This document shows, piece by piece, positions 15,933 to 24,364 of a stretch of DNA of 42,661 bases. The position numbers were made by a program, and so were the translations under genes. The notes under the pieces were generated by a model. It saw only the letters and a program-made list of their open reading frames with translations, did no database searches and had not been told where the DNA came from. The number at the start of each line of letters is the position of its first letter. The first letter of the stretch is position 1. Source of the stretch: Candidatus Niyogibacteria bacterium RIFCSPLOWO2_01_FULL_45_48 (GTDB taxonomy: Bacteria > Patescibacteriota > Minisyncoccia > HO2-45-28); contig MHMQ01000011.1 of assembly GCA_001819395.1 (NCBI GenBank), positions 1 to 42,661 on the forward strand. Direction: 5' to 3'.

Positions 15933-17837
15933 ATGAATGACGACGGTCTTGAGCGGCTGAAAAAACGCCTCTACAAAGAGGGTGAGCGGTTTGGGGGCAG
16001 ATTCAGAGAGCCGGAGCTCTCTTATAAACCGGAAAAAGTCGATTCCGGATGGCCCGAGCGTCAGTCTGAAGAAATTTTAGCCGAAGTTCTAAAAGAGCCA
16101 AAACTTTTAAAAATGAAATTTTTATTATGGGCCGGGATTATTTTTGTTTTGGGTGTTATTGTCCTTGCTTCATTTTATCTTTTTGGCGGATTCGGAGCGG
16201 TATCTTCAAGAAATATTGATCTGGTTATATCCGCGCCTCAAGAGGTTGCCGGTGGAGATCTGGTCAGATGGGAAGTGTCGGTTACAAATAAAAATAATGT
16301 TAAGTTCGCTTCGGCAGACCTCGGCTTTAAATATCCGGAAGGTTCGCGTCCGGTGAACGTCATTCCGGGCTCGTTTTTGATCGAAAGGGTTTCTTTGGGT
16401 GAAATTTCGGCGGGAGACACCGTGCGCCGGACTTTTGCCGCCCATGTTTTTGGACCGGAAAATTTTGAAGCCGAAGCCGAGGCGGTCCTCGAATACCGCA
16501 CCGAAGGATCCAACGCGGTTTTTGAAAAAAGCGGCAAAAAAAACATTAAAATAATTCGTTCTCCGGTCGGCGTATCATTTAACGCCGCCGGAGAAATTAA
16601 CGCCGGACGGGAAATCAATTTTGAAGTTAAATACGTTTCAAACTCGTCGGAAACAATAAGAGGCCTCGCTCTCGATCTTACTTACCCTTCCGGATTTATT
16701 TTTAAAAATTCCAGCCTTCAGCCGGCCGAAGGCGAAAACCGCTGGGTTTTGGGCGATCTTGCTCCGGGAAGCGAGAGATCAGTTTCCATATCCGGTGTTT
16801 TTGAGGGGGAAGACATGGAGCAAAAAAACATAACGGCCCAGATCGGAGTTTTGGACGGTAAAAGTTTGTCGGTTTACGGCGCGTCCACCCACTCGTTTAC
16901 TATCAGGCGCATGTTTGTCGATCTCAACGCGCGCATAAACGGACGGGATGATATCACGGCGGTAAAAAGCGGCGATTTGGTGAATGTGAATATTTTTTGG
17001 AAGAACAATCTTCTCCAGTCTGTTCGCGATGTTAATGTGGAGATCGAAGTTTCGGGGGAAGCCTTGGATGAAAAAACAATATCCGTTTTTTCCGGAGCTT
17101 ATCGCGGATTTGAAAAAAAAGTTGTCTGGTCTCCGTCGAGCCTTTCGGATTTGTCTTTGCTTGACCCGGGGGGGTCGGGGCAGTCCAGTTTCAGTTTCAG
17201 AGTGCTCGATGCCGTGTCTTTGTCCAGAGCAAAATTGGTAAATCCGACAATAAAATTGAAAGGCGAAATCAGGCCCGCGTCGAGTCCGGCGGGTTTGGGC
17301 GAATTTGACGTCTCCGGCAAATTCGAGCTTGAACTCAAAATTGAAACATCTTTGCAATTATCAAGCCGGGGGGTTTATTATTCGGCGGTTTTGCCCGGAC
17401 GCGGGCCGCTGCCCCCGCGGGTTGGAGAAGAAACGGTTTATACGGTTATCTGGACTCTGGCCAATGTTTCAAATAATGCAAGCGGTGTCGCGGTCAAGGC
17501 GTCGGTGCCCGCGTACGTTGCTTGGAAAGGCGCCGTGCTTCCTTCGGCCGAAAGCGTGGTTTACGACCCGGCGCGCTTGGAAATAATATGGCGTCCGGGG
17601 GCGATAAAAGCCGGTGTTGGCATAACACAGCCGGCGCGCGAAGTCATGTTCCAGCTAGGCATTATTCCGTCGGTTGACCAGACGGGATCTTCGCCGGTTT
17701 TACTTTTTGATATTTCGGCTTCAGGACGGGACGATTTTACCGGCAATTCCGTAAGCGATGCGGCGTCTTCCCTGACTACGGACATACTTGCCTCGGATAC
17801 TAAAACAAAATCGGGAGACGAAAACGTGGCGCGGTGA
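15933..17837 (+). CDS. membrane-anchored protein with tandem Ig-like/DUF11-like beta domains
   Basis: One TM near the N-terminus; repeated beta-rich units (YPEGS/YPSGF, LGEISAG/LGDLAPG/LSLLDPG). Confidence 0.75.
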   Translation: MNDDGLERLKKRLYKEGERFGGRFREPELSYKPEKVDSGWPERQSEEILAEVLKEPKLLKMKFLLWAGIIFVLGVIVLASFYLFGGFGAVSSRNIDLVISAPQEVAGGDLVRWEVSVTNKNNVKFASADLGFKYPEGSRPVNVIPGSFLIERVSLGEISAGDTVRRTFAAHVFGPENFEAEAEAVLEYRTEGSNAVFEKSGKKNIKIIRSPVGVSFNAAGEINAGREINFEVKYVSNSSETIRGLALDLTYPSGFIFKNSSLQPAEGENRWVLGDLAPGSERSVSISGVFEGEDMEQKNITAQIGVLDGKSLSVYGASTHSFTIRRMFVDLNARINGRDDITAVKSGDLVNVNIFWKNNLLQSVRDVNVEIEVSGEALDEKTISVFSGAYRGFEKKVVWSPSSLSDLSLLDPGGSGQSSFSFRVLDAVSLSRAKLVNPTIKLKGEIRPASSPAGLGEFDVSGKFELELKIETSLQLSSRGVYYSAVLPGRGPLPPRVGEETVYTVIWTLANVSNNASGVAVKASVPAYVAWKGAVLPSAESVVYDPARLEIIWRPGAIKAGVGITQPAREVMFQLGIIPSVDQTGSSPVLLFDISASGRDDFTGNSVSDAASSLTTDILASDTKTKSGDENVAR

Positions 17838-17875
17838 TTGTTGCCAACGGCCGGAGTTGGGCTTAAAATTTCTAA

Positions 17876-19153
17876 ATGACCGAATCAAGTCTCGAAAAAA
17901 TAATCTCTCTTGCAAAAAGGCGCGGGTTTGTGTATCCGGCGTCAGAAATTTACGGGGGGCTTTCCGGTTTTTGGGACTTGGGGCCTTACGGCGCCGAGCT
18001 CGCGCACAACATAAAAGAGCTGTGGTGGAACATGTTTGTAAAAAGCCGGGCTGATGTGTTTGGTGTAGCAACCACAACCATAATGCCGGACGCGGTCTGG
18101 AAGGCAAGCGGGCATCTGGAGGGTTTCGCCGACCCGATGGTTGAATGTGAGGAATGTAAAAAACGTTTTCGTGCCGACCAGATTGAAGGCAAAAAATGTC
18201 CGGAATGCGAAGGAAACCTCGGCTCCCCGCGCCAATTTAATCTTATGTTTAAAACCGAAGGCGGCTACTTGCGTCCCGAAATAGCACAGGGTATGTTTGT
18301 CAATTTTAAAAATGTTTTGGACACAATGCGCGCCGTTCTTCCTTTTGGTTTAGCACAGATAGGGAAGGCCTACAGAAACGAAATAGCGCCTCGCGATTTT
18401 CTTTTTCGCGTTCGCGAATTTGACCTGATGGAATTTGAATATTTTGTGAAAGAGTCGGAGTGGGAGAAACACTTTGAAAGCTGGCGTAAAGAAATGTGGT
18501 TGTGGATTGCGAGCGTGGGAATTGATAAGAACGCGGTTTCGGAGCTTGAAGTGCCTGAAGGCGAGCGGGCGCACTATTCAAAGCGGACGATTGATTTTGA
18601 GTTTGAATATCCTTTCGGAAAAAAAGAGCTTTACGGCTTGGCTTATCGCGCAGACTACGATTTGTCCCGGCATATGAAAGAGTCGGGAGTTGATTTGCGA
18701 TACACCGACCCCGTTTCGGGAGAAAAATTCACACCGCATGTTATTGAGCCGACTTTTGGTTTGGGGCGCACGATTTTGGCCATTTTGACCTCGGCTTACA
18801 CTGAAGACAAGCTGGGAGGAGAGCCAAGAACTTATTTGAAATTAAAGCCGAGCATCGCTCCGGTAAAAGTCGCCGTTTTTCCTCTGGTGAAAAACAAACC
18901 CGCTTTGGTTGAGAGTGCCCGGGAGATTTATAAAAATTTAAAAAAAGAATTTGGCGCCGTTGAATTTGACGACAACGGCAACATCGGCAAACGATATCGC
19001 AGGCAAGACGAAATTGGAACGCCGTGGTGTGTGACGGTTGACTACCAGACATTTGAAGACGACACCGTAACCGTCCGTGATAGAGACACGGGAGAGCAAA
19101 TTCGCCGCAAAATCCAAGAGCTTGGCGGGCGCATAAAAGACATGTTAAGTTAG
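17876..19153 (+). CDS. glyQS: glycine--tRNA ligase, homodimeric (alpha2) type
   Basis: LAKRRGFVYPASEIYGG, VWKASGH, FNLMFKT, QIGKAYRNEI, PHVIEP, IGKRYRRQDEIGTP. Confidence 0.96.
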   Translation: MTESSLEKIISLAKRRGFVYPASEIYGGLSGFWDLGPYGAELAHNIKELWWNMFVKSRADVFGVATTTIMPDAVWKASGHLEGFADPMVECEECKKRFRADQIEGKKCPECEGNLGSPRQFNLMFKTEGGYLRPEIAQGMFVNFKNVLDTMRAVLPFGLAQIGKAYRNEIAPRDFLFRVREFDLMEFEYFVKESEWEKHFESWRKEMWLWIASVGIDKNAVSELEVPEGERAHYSKRTIDFEFEYPFGKKELYGLAYRADYDLSRHMKESGVDLRYTDPVSGEKFTPHVIEPTFGLGRTILAILTSAYTEDKLGGEPRTYLKLKPSIAPVKVAVFPLVKNKPALVESAREIYKNLKKEFGAVEFDDNGNIGKRYRRQDEIGTPWCVTVDYQTFEDDTVTVRDRDTGEQIRRKIQELGGRIKDMLS

Positions 19154-19187
19154 AATAGGTTGTTTTTTGTAAGTTAAGGAGGTGGGC

Positions 19188-19436
19188 ATGTTCTACGTTC
19201 TGACTCCGGTTTGGTTTGTCGTGGCATGGTTATTTTTTGGCTACTTGGCTGCGGCTATTCTGAAATACGATTTAGTAGAGACTTATCCCGAATGGCGCGG
19301 ACCAGATATTGCTTTTTCGCTATTTATCATATTTTTGGGTCCCCTCATGTTCGTTGCCGTGTCTATTATATGTTTGCTGTGTCACAAAAAGCTGGGTATG
19401 CGCCTGAACATCTTCAAAATAATCATTAAACGATAA
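19188..19436 (+). CDS. small two-TM hypothetical membrane protein
   Basis: AAGGAGGT SD before ATG 19188; two hydrophobic segments; terminator downstream. Confidence 0.65.
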   Translation: MFYVLTPVWFVVAWLFFGYLAAAILKYDLVETYPEWRGPDIAFSLFIIFLGPLMFVAVSIICLLCHKKLGMRLNIFKIIIKR

Positions 19437-19456
19437 GTTGTTTAAAAAACCAAGTT

Positions 19457-19492
19457 ACGCCGAACCTTCTAGGTTCGGCGTTTATTTTTTTT
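19457..19492 (+). terminator. intrinsic terminator
   Basis: ACGCCGAACCT-TCT-AGGTTCGGCGT then T-run. Confidence 0.85.
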
Positions 19493-19514
19493 ACGTAAAT
19501 GTTATAATTTTGAT

Positions 19515-20786
19515 ATGAAATTCTACAAAAAGATTTTACCCTCCGGGCTTAAGGTTATAATTTCTCCAATGTCGGGGACGGAGGCGATGACTCTTTTGGT
19601 CTTGGTTGGCACCGGCTCAAAATACGAGACCAAAAACATCAACGGCATCTCTCATTTTTTGGAACATTTGTTTTTTAAGGGCACCAAGCATCGTCCGGAG
19701 CCCGGTGAGGTAAACCGCGCTCTTGACGGGTTAGGCTCCGAACATAACGCCTTTACCTCAAAAGAAGTAACGGGATATTGGGTTAAAGCCGCGGGAAAAC
19801 ATTTTGATGCCGCCTTGGACATAGTTTCGGATATTTTGCTTGAGCCTCTTTTTAAAGCCGATGAAATTGAGCGCGAGCGCGGGGTGATTTTGCAGGAAAT
19901 AAGTATGTATGAAGATATGCCCCAGCGCAGAATAGGCGATTTGTGGGAAACATTGCTGTACGGCGATCAGCCTGCCGGATGGGATATCGCCGGGACCAAA
20001 GCAATAATCAACCGCATAAAACGAGACGAGATTTTGGATTATAAAGAAAAACAGTATGTCGCTTCAAACGCCTTGGTTGTTGTTGCGGGCAATATTGATG
20101 CCAAAAGCACAGAGAAAAAAATTATTAAAGCTTTTTCTTCTTTTAATCACGGAAAAGCTTTTCCGAAAAAACCGATCAAGGAGGTTCAGAAAAATCCAAG
20201 TACACACTTTATGTATAAAGAAACCGATCAGAGCCATCTGATTCTTGGTTTTCGCGGTTATAATATGTTTGACGATCGCAGATATGCTCTGGATCTTTTG
20301 AGCGTGATTTTGGGCGGGAATATGTCCAGTCGATTTTTCATGGAAATAAGGGAAAATCTGGGTTTGGCATATTATGTAAGAGCCTCAGCTCAAAATTATA
20401 CAGATTCCGGCTATTTGGCTGGTTCAGCCGGGGTTCCGCACGAAGAACTGAAAAGAGTTATTGAGTTAATGGTTAAAATATTAAAAGACGTTAAGACCCG
20501 GGGAGTTTCGGAGAGTGAAATTAAATTCGCAAAAGACTACTTAAGAGGGTCAATGGCTCTGTCTTTTGAATCTTCCGATGAAATCGCCACTTTTTTGGGG
20601 GAACAATCTTTGTTTTACAAAAAAATAGAAACACCGGATGAAGTCCTAAGGCATATTGAAAAAGTGACGCGCGGTGATATTATGAAAGCGGTTAAAGAAC
20701 TGGTGCGTCCTGACAAAATGAATTTGGCGGTAATAGGACCGCACCGTGATTCAAAAGATTATATAAATATTCTCAAACGAATTTGA
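19515..20786 (+). CDS. M16 family (pitrilysin/insulinase) zinc peptidase
   Basis: GISHFLEHLFFKGT (HxxEH), NAFTS, ERERGVILQE, SSRFFMEIRENLGLAY. Confidence 0.95.
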   Translation: MKFYKKILPSGLKVIISPMSGTEAMTLLVLVGTGSKYETKNINGISHFLEHLFFKGTKHRPEPGEVNRALDGLGSEHNAFTSKEVTGYWVKAAGKHFDAALDIVSDILLEPLFKADEIERERGVILQEISMYEDMPQRRIGDLWETLLYGDQPAGWDIAGTKAIINRIKRDEILDYKEKQYVASNALVVVAGNIDAKSTEKKIIKAFSSFNHGKAFPKKPIKEVQKNPSTHFMYKETDQSHLILGFRGYNMFDDRRYALDLLSVILGGNMSSRFFMEIRENLGLAYYVRASAQNYTDSGYLAGSAGVPHEELKRVIELMVKILKDVKTRGVSESEIKFAKDYLRGSMALSFESSDEIATFLGEQSLFYKKIETPDEVLRHIEKVTRGDIMKAVKELVRPDKMNLAVIGPHRDSKDYINILKRI

Positions 20787-20788
20787 AT

Positions 20789-21808
20789 ATGCCAAATATT
20801 ACTAAAATAGAAATTTCAACCGGAACTTTTATACGTGCCCTGCTTGTGGTCTTGGGGCTGGTTTTTTTGTACCTGATAAGAGATGTGGTCGCGGTGGTGC
20901 TTCTTTCGGTTGTGATAGCTTCAGCCATTGAGCCCGCGGCCCAGTGGTTTATGCGCTATCGTTTGCCGAGAATTTTGAGCGTGCTTTTGGTCTATATAAT
21001 ATCCTTTGCTATTTTGGCCGCCGCCTTTTCGCTTGTCATACCCCCGCTTTTTTCAGAAATATCCCAGGTTTCATCAAAGTCTCTTTTCCAGACCGCTTCC
21101 GGAGCGCTTTTTGAGTTTGTGCCGGAGCTGCCAATTTCAATATCGCAGACACTCACAAGCCTTCTGGATAAGGCCGGAGTTTATCTGGAACAGCTGGCCG
21201 GAGGATTTTTCCAGGCCACTTCGCTTGTGTTTGGCGGAGCGCTTTCTTTTATTTTGGTTGTGGTAATATCTTTTTACCTTTCGGTGCAGGAAAGAGGAAT
21301 TGAAAACTTTTTAAGAATAGTCACGCCCATTGAATACGAAAGATACATATTGGATTTGTGGTCCAGGGCCCGTAAAAAAATAGGCGGATGGATGCAGGCG
21401 CAGATACTGCTCGGACTTTTAATAGGCGTTATGGTTTATATAGGTCTTACGGTTTTACAGATCAAATTTGCCTTATCGCTTGCGGTTGTCGCCGCCATTT
21501 TCGAGCTTATTCCGGTTTTTGGGCCGGTGCTTGCGGCAATTCCGGCGGTTCTGGTGGCTTTTTTGCAAAAGCCGATACTGGGGCTTGTCATAATAATTTT
21601 TTATTTTGTCGTCCAGCAGTTTGAAAACCATCTCATAGTGCCGGTTGTTTTTAAAAAGGCCGTAGGCGTTCCGCCGATTCTGGTGGTCATCGCTTTGATA
21701 GTCGGCGGAAAACTGGGCGGGTTTCTGGGACTTCTTCTCGCAGTGCCATTGGCAGCCGTGCTGGTTGAGTTTTTGAACGATGTTGTCGAAAGAAAACAAA
21801 TAAAGTAA
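20789..21808 (+). CDS. AI-2E family (PerM/UPF0118) transporter
   Basis: Multi-TM; FELIPVFGP, VQQFENHLIVP, GGFLGLLLAVPLAA. Confidence 0.93.
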   Translation: MPNITKIEISTGTFIRALLVVLGLVFLYLIRDVVAVVLLSVVIASAIEPAAQWFMRYRLPRILSVLLVYIISFAILAAAFSLVIPPLFSEISQVSSKSLFQTASGALFEFVPELPISISQTLTSLLDKAGVYLEQLAGGFFQATSLVFGGALSFILVVVISFYLSVQERGIENFLRIVTPIEYERYILDLWSRARKKIGGWMQAQILLGLLIGVMVYIGLTVLQIKFALSLAVVAAIFELIPVFGPVLAAIPAVLVAFLQKPILGLVIIIFYFVVQQFENHLIVPVVFKKAVGVPPILVVIALIVGGKLGGFLGLLLAVPLAAVLVEFLNDVVERKQIK

Positions 21809-23386
21809 ATGCAGGAAAAATTTTATATCTCTACCGCGATAGCCTATGTGAATTCGCGGCCGCACATCGGATTTGCTTTGGAGCTGGCGCAGGCCGATGC
21901 CATAGCCCGCTGGCAAAGACTTAATGGCAAGGATGTTTTTTTTCTGACCGGAACCGACGAGCATGGCGCAAAAATTACTCGCGCCGCCGAGAAGGCAGGA
22001 AAAAGTCCGCAAGATTTTGCCGGAGAAAACGCGGCGGTTTTTAAAAAACTTGTCGAGGACTTAAATGTTTCATCCGACGATTTTATAAGGACATCCGACG
22101 AGAAAAGGCATTTTCCGGGGGCGGTTAAACTTTGGAAGAAGCTTGAAGAATCCGGAGATATTTACAAGAAAAATTATAGCGGGCTTTATTGCGTTGGGCA
22201 CGAGGCTTTTGTGACCCAAAAAGATCTGGTTGACGGCAAATGCGCCGACCACGACGCAGAGCCCGAAACAATTGAAGAAGAAAATTATTTTTTCAGACTT
22301 TCAAAATACGGCCAGGCCGTTAAAAAAGCCGTCGAATCAGGCGAGTTAAAGATTTTTCCCGAATCCCGCAAAAACGAAACCGTGTCTTTTATTAACGAGG
22401 GCCTTGAAGACATAAGCGTTTCCAGGCCGTCCAAAGATATTTCATGGGGAATACCGGTGCCTGGGGACTCAACGCAAACCATGTATGTCTGGTTTGAGGC
22501 GCTGGCTAATTATATTACCGCGCTTGGTTTCGGCTCATCAAACCAGGATAATTTTGAAAAATTCTGGCCTGCGGACATTCATGTGATAGGCAAAGACATA
22601 TTGAGATTTCACTCGATAATTTGGCCGGCAATGCTTTTGTCGGCCGGACTGCCGCTCCCAAAAAGTGTTTTTGTCCACGGATTTATTCATTCCGGAGGAC
22701 GGAAAATGTCAAAAACCGTAGGCAATGTTATTGATCCGGTTGATTTTGTCGACCGGCACGGATGCGATCCGCTCCGTTACTATCTTTTACGGGACATACC
22801 GACATTCGAGGACGGGGATTTTACCGAAGAAAGATTTGTTGAGGCTTATAACTCGGATTTGGCAAATGGGCTCGGAAATTACATAAGCAGGATTTCTAAG
22901 ATGATCGAACAATATTTCGGCGGTGTTTTGGAACGTCCGTCCGACAACGAACTTTCGGCGGTTCCTATAAAAAAACACTCATCGTTTTTTGCTCCCAACG
23001 GCGAAGGAGCGAAACTTGAGCTTGTAAGCCCGCCGTATTTTATAGATCAGGTTGTTTGGCCGATTTATCGGAGCGCTTTCGCGGATTATAAATTAAAACA
23101 GGTTTTGGACGCTGTGTGGGCGCTTTTGGGGGAACTTGACGCATATGTGCAGACTTACGAACCGTTCAAGTTGATAAAAACCGACACGGAAAAAACGCGG
23201 GCGGTTTTGTGGAATCTGTCTTACGGCGCTTTAAGCATCGCTTGGATGTTGAAACCTTTTATGCCGGACACCGCCGAAAAAATTCTGGATACGTTTGGCG
23301 TTAAATCCGACTCAAAAGAAGAGTGGTTAAAAGTTGGCGTTAAACTTGACGATCCGCTTTTTGCGAGAAAAGAAAATGTTGATTGA
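21809..23386 (+). CDS. metG: methionine--tRNA ligase (no C-terminal Trbp domain)
   Basis: STAIAYVN, FLTGTDEHGAKI, FIRT, WGIPVP, YVWFEAL, IGKDILRFH, KMSKT. Confidence 0.97.
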   Translation: MQEKFYISTAIAYVNSRPHIGFALELAQADAIARWQRLNGKDVFFLTGTDEHGAKITRAAEKAGKSPQDFAGENAAVFKKLVEDLNVSSDDFIRTSDEKRHFPGAVKLWKKLEESGDIYKKNYSGLYCVGHEAFVTQKDLVDGKCADHDAEPETIEEENYFFRLSKYGQAVKKAVESGELKIFPESRKNETVSFINEGLEDISVSRPSKDISWGIPVPGDSTQTMYVWFEALANYITALGFGSSNQDNFEKFWPADIHVIGKDILRFHSIIWPAMLLSAGLPLPKSVFVHGFIHSGGRKMSKTVGNVIDPVDFVDRHGCDPLRYYLLRDIPTFEDGDFTEERFVEAYNSDLANGLGNYISRISKMIEQYFGGVLERPSDNELSAVPIKKHSSFFAPNGEGAKLELVSPPYFIDQVVWPIYRSAFADYKLKQVLDAVWALLGELDAYVQTYEPFKLIKTDTEKTRAVLWNLSYGALSIAWMLKPFMPDTAEKILDTFGVKSDSKEEWLKVGVKLDDPLFARKENVD

Positions 23387-24224
23387 CTCGCACGCGCATT
23401 TGCAATTTAAGGCGTTTGATGCTGATCGCGACGAAGTTATAAAACGAACGCTTGAGGGCGGTGTGTTTTGTATTAATGTCGGGACGCAAAAAGACACTTC
23501 TCGCGCGGCGGTGGAACTTGCCGAAAAACACGAAGGATTTTGGGCGGCTGTCGGGCTGCACCCTATTCATACCGAAGAATCTTTTCACGACGAACAGGAA
23601 ATTTCGGGTTCAGGCGTGTTTAAAAGCCGCGAAGAAGTTTTCGATTCAGATTTTTATGAAAAGTTAGCAAAGCATCCCAAAGTTGTAGCAATAGGCGAAT
23701 GCGGTTTTGATTATTACCGAGCAATGCCCGACTCCCGTAAAAAACAGGAGGATGCTTTTTGCTCGCAGGTTAGGTTGGCTAAAAAAATTGGGAAGCCCAT
23801 CATGCTTCATTGCAGGCCGTCTCAAAATCCAGACAAATCTTATTCTGATGACGCTTATTTGGACATGTTCCGTGTTTTAAAAGAAGAGGGAGGTAATTCT
23901 GTGGGCGGTAACGTGCATTTTTTTGTCGGTTCAACTGATATTGCTAAAAAATTTTTGGAAATTGGATTTTCGTTTTCATTTTCGGGAGTTATCACAATTA
24001 CAAATATGTACGACGAAGTCGTTAAATTTCTGCCTTTGGATAAAATTTTAATTGAAACTGACTCTCCTTATGCGGCGCCAATTCCATATCGCGGAAAACG
24101 AAATGAGCCGCCATATGTTGAAGAAGTTGCTAAGCGTCTCGCAGAACTTCATGGAAAATCGTTTGAAGAAATAGCCGAACTAACCACTCAAAACGCAAAG
24201 AAAGTTTTTAATTTAAAATTTTAA
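23376..24224 (+). CDS. tatD: TatD family metal-dependent DNase
   Basis: MLIDSHAHL, VGLHP, AIGECGFDY, LHCR, ETDSPY, RGKRNEP; follows metG. Confidence 0.95.
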   Translation: MLIDSHAHLQFKAFDADRDEVIKRTLEGGVFCINVGTQKDTSRAAVELAEKHEGFWAAVGLHPIHTEESFHDEQEISGSGVFKSREEVFDSDFYEKLAKHPKVVAIGECGFDYYRAMPDSRKKQEDAFCSQVRLAKKIGKPIMLHCRPSQNPDKSYSDDAYLDMFRVLKEEGGNSVGGNVHFFVGSTDIAKKFLEIGFSFSFSGVITITNMYDEVVKFLPLDKILIETDSPYAAPIPYRGKRNEPPYVEEVAKRLAELHGKSFEEIAELTTQNAKKVFNLKF

Positions 24225-24231
24225 CTCACCA

Positions 24232-24275
24232 AAACTTGCACACATCAATACGATTGTAGCGATGTGTGCAAGTTT
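24232..24275. repeat. perfect 15-bp inverted repeat
   Basis: AAACTTGCACACATC-N14-GATGTGTGCAAGTTT. Confidence 0.85.
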
Positions 24276-24289
24276 GAAAAGTTGAAAAA

Positions 24290-24326
24290 AATTAAAAAGA
24301 AAAAGCTCCGACGAATCGTCGGAGCT
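24290..24326 (-). terminator. terminator for the ALDH gene
   Basis: AGCTCCGACG-AAT-CGTCGGAGCT preceded by an A-run on the + strand (U-run on the - strand). Confidence 0.75.
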
Positions 24327-24338
24327 GGGTTTACGGGG

Positions 24339-24361
24339 TGGTCCAAGTCCGACTTGGACCA
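24339..24361. repeat. short perfect palindromic element
   Basis: TGGTCCAAGT-CCG-ACTTGGACCA. Confidence 0.85.
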
Positions 24362-24364
24362 AAA

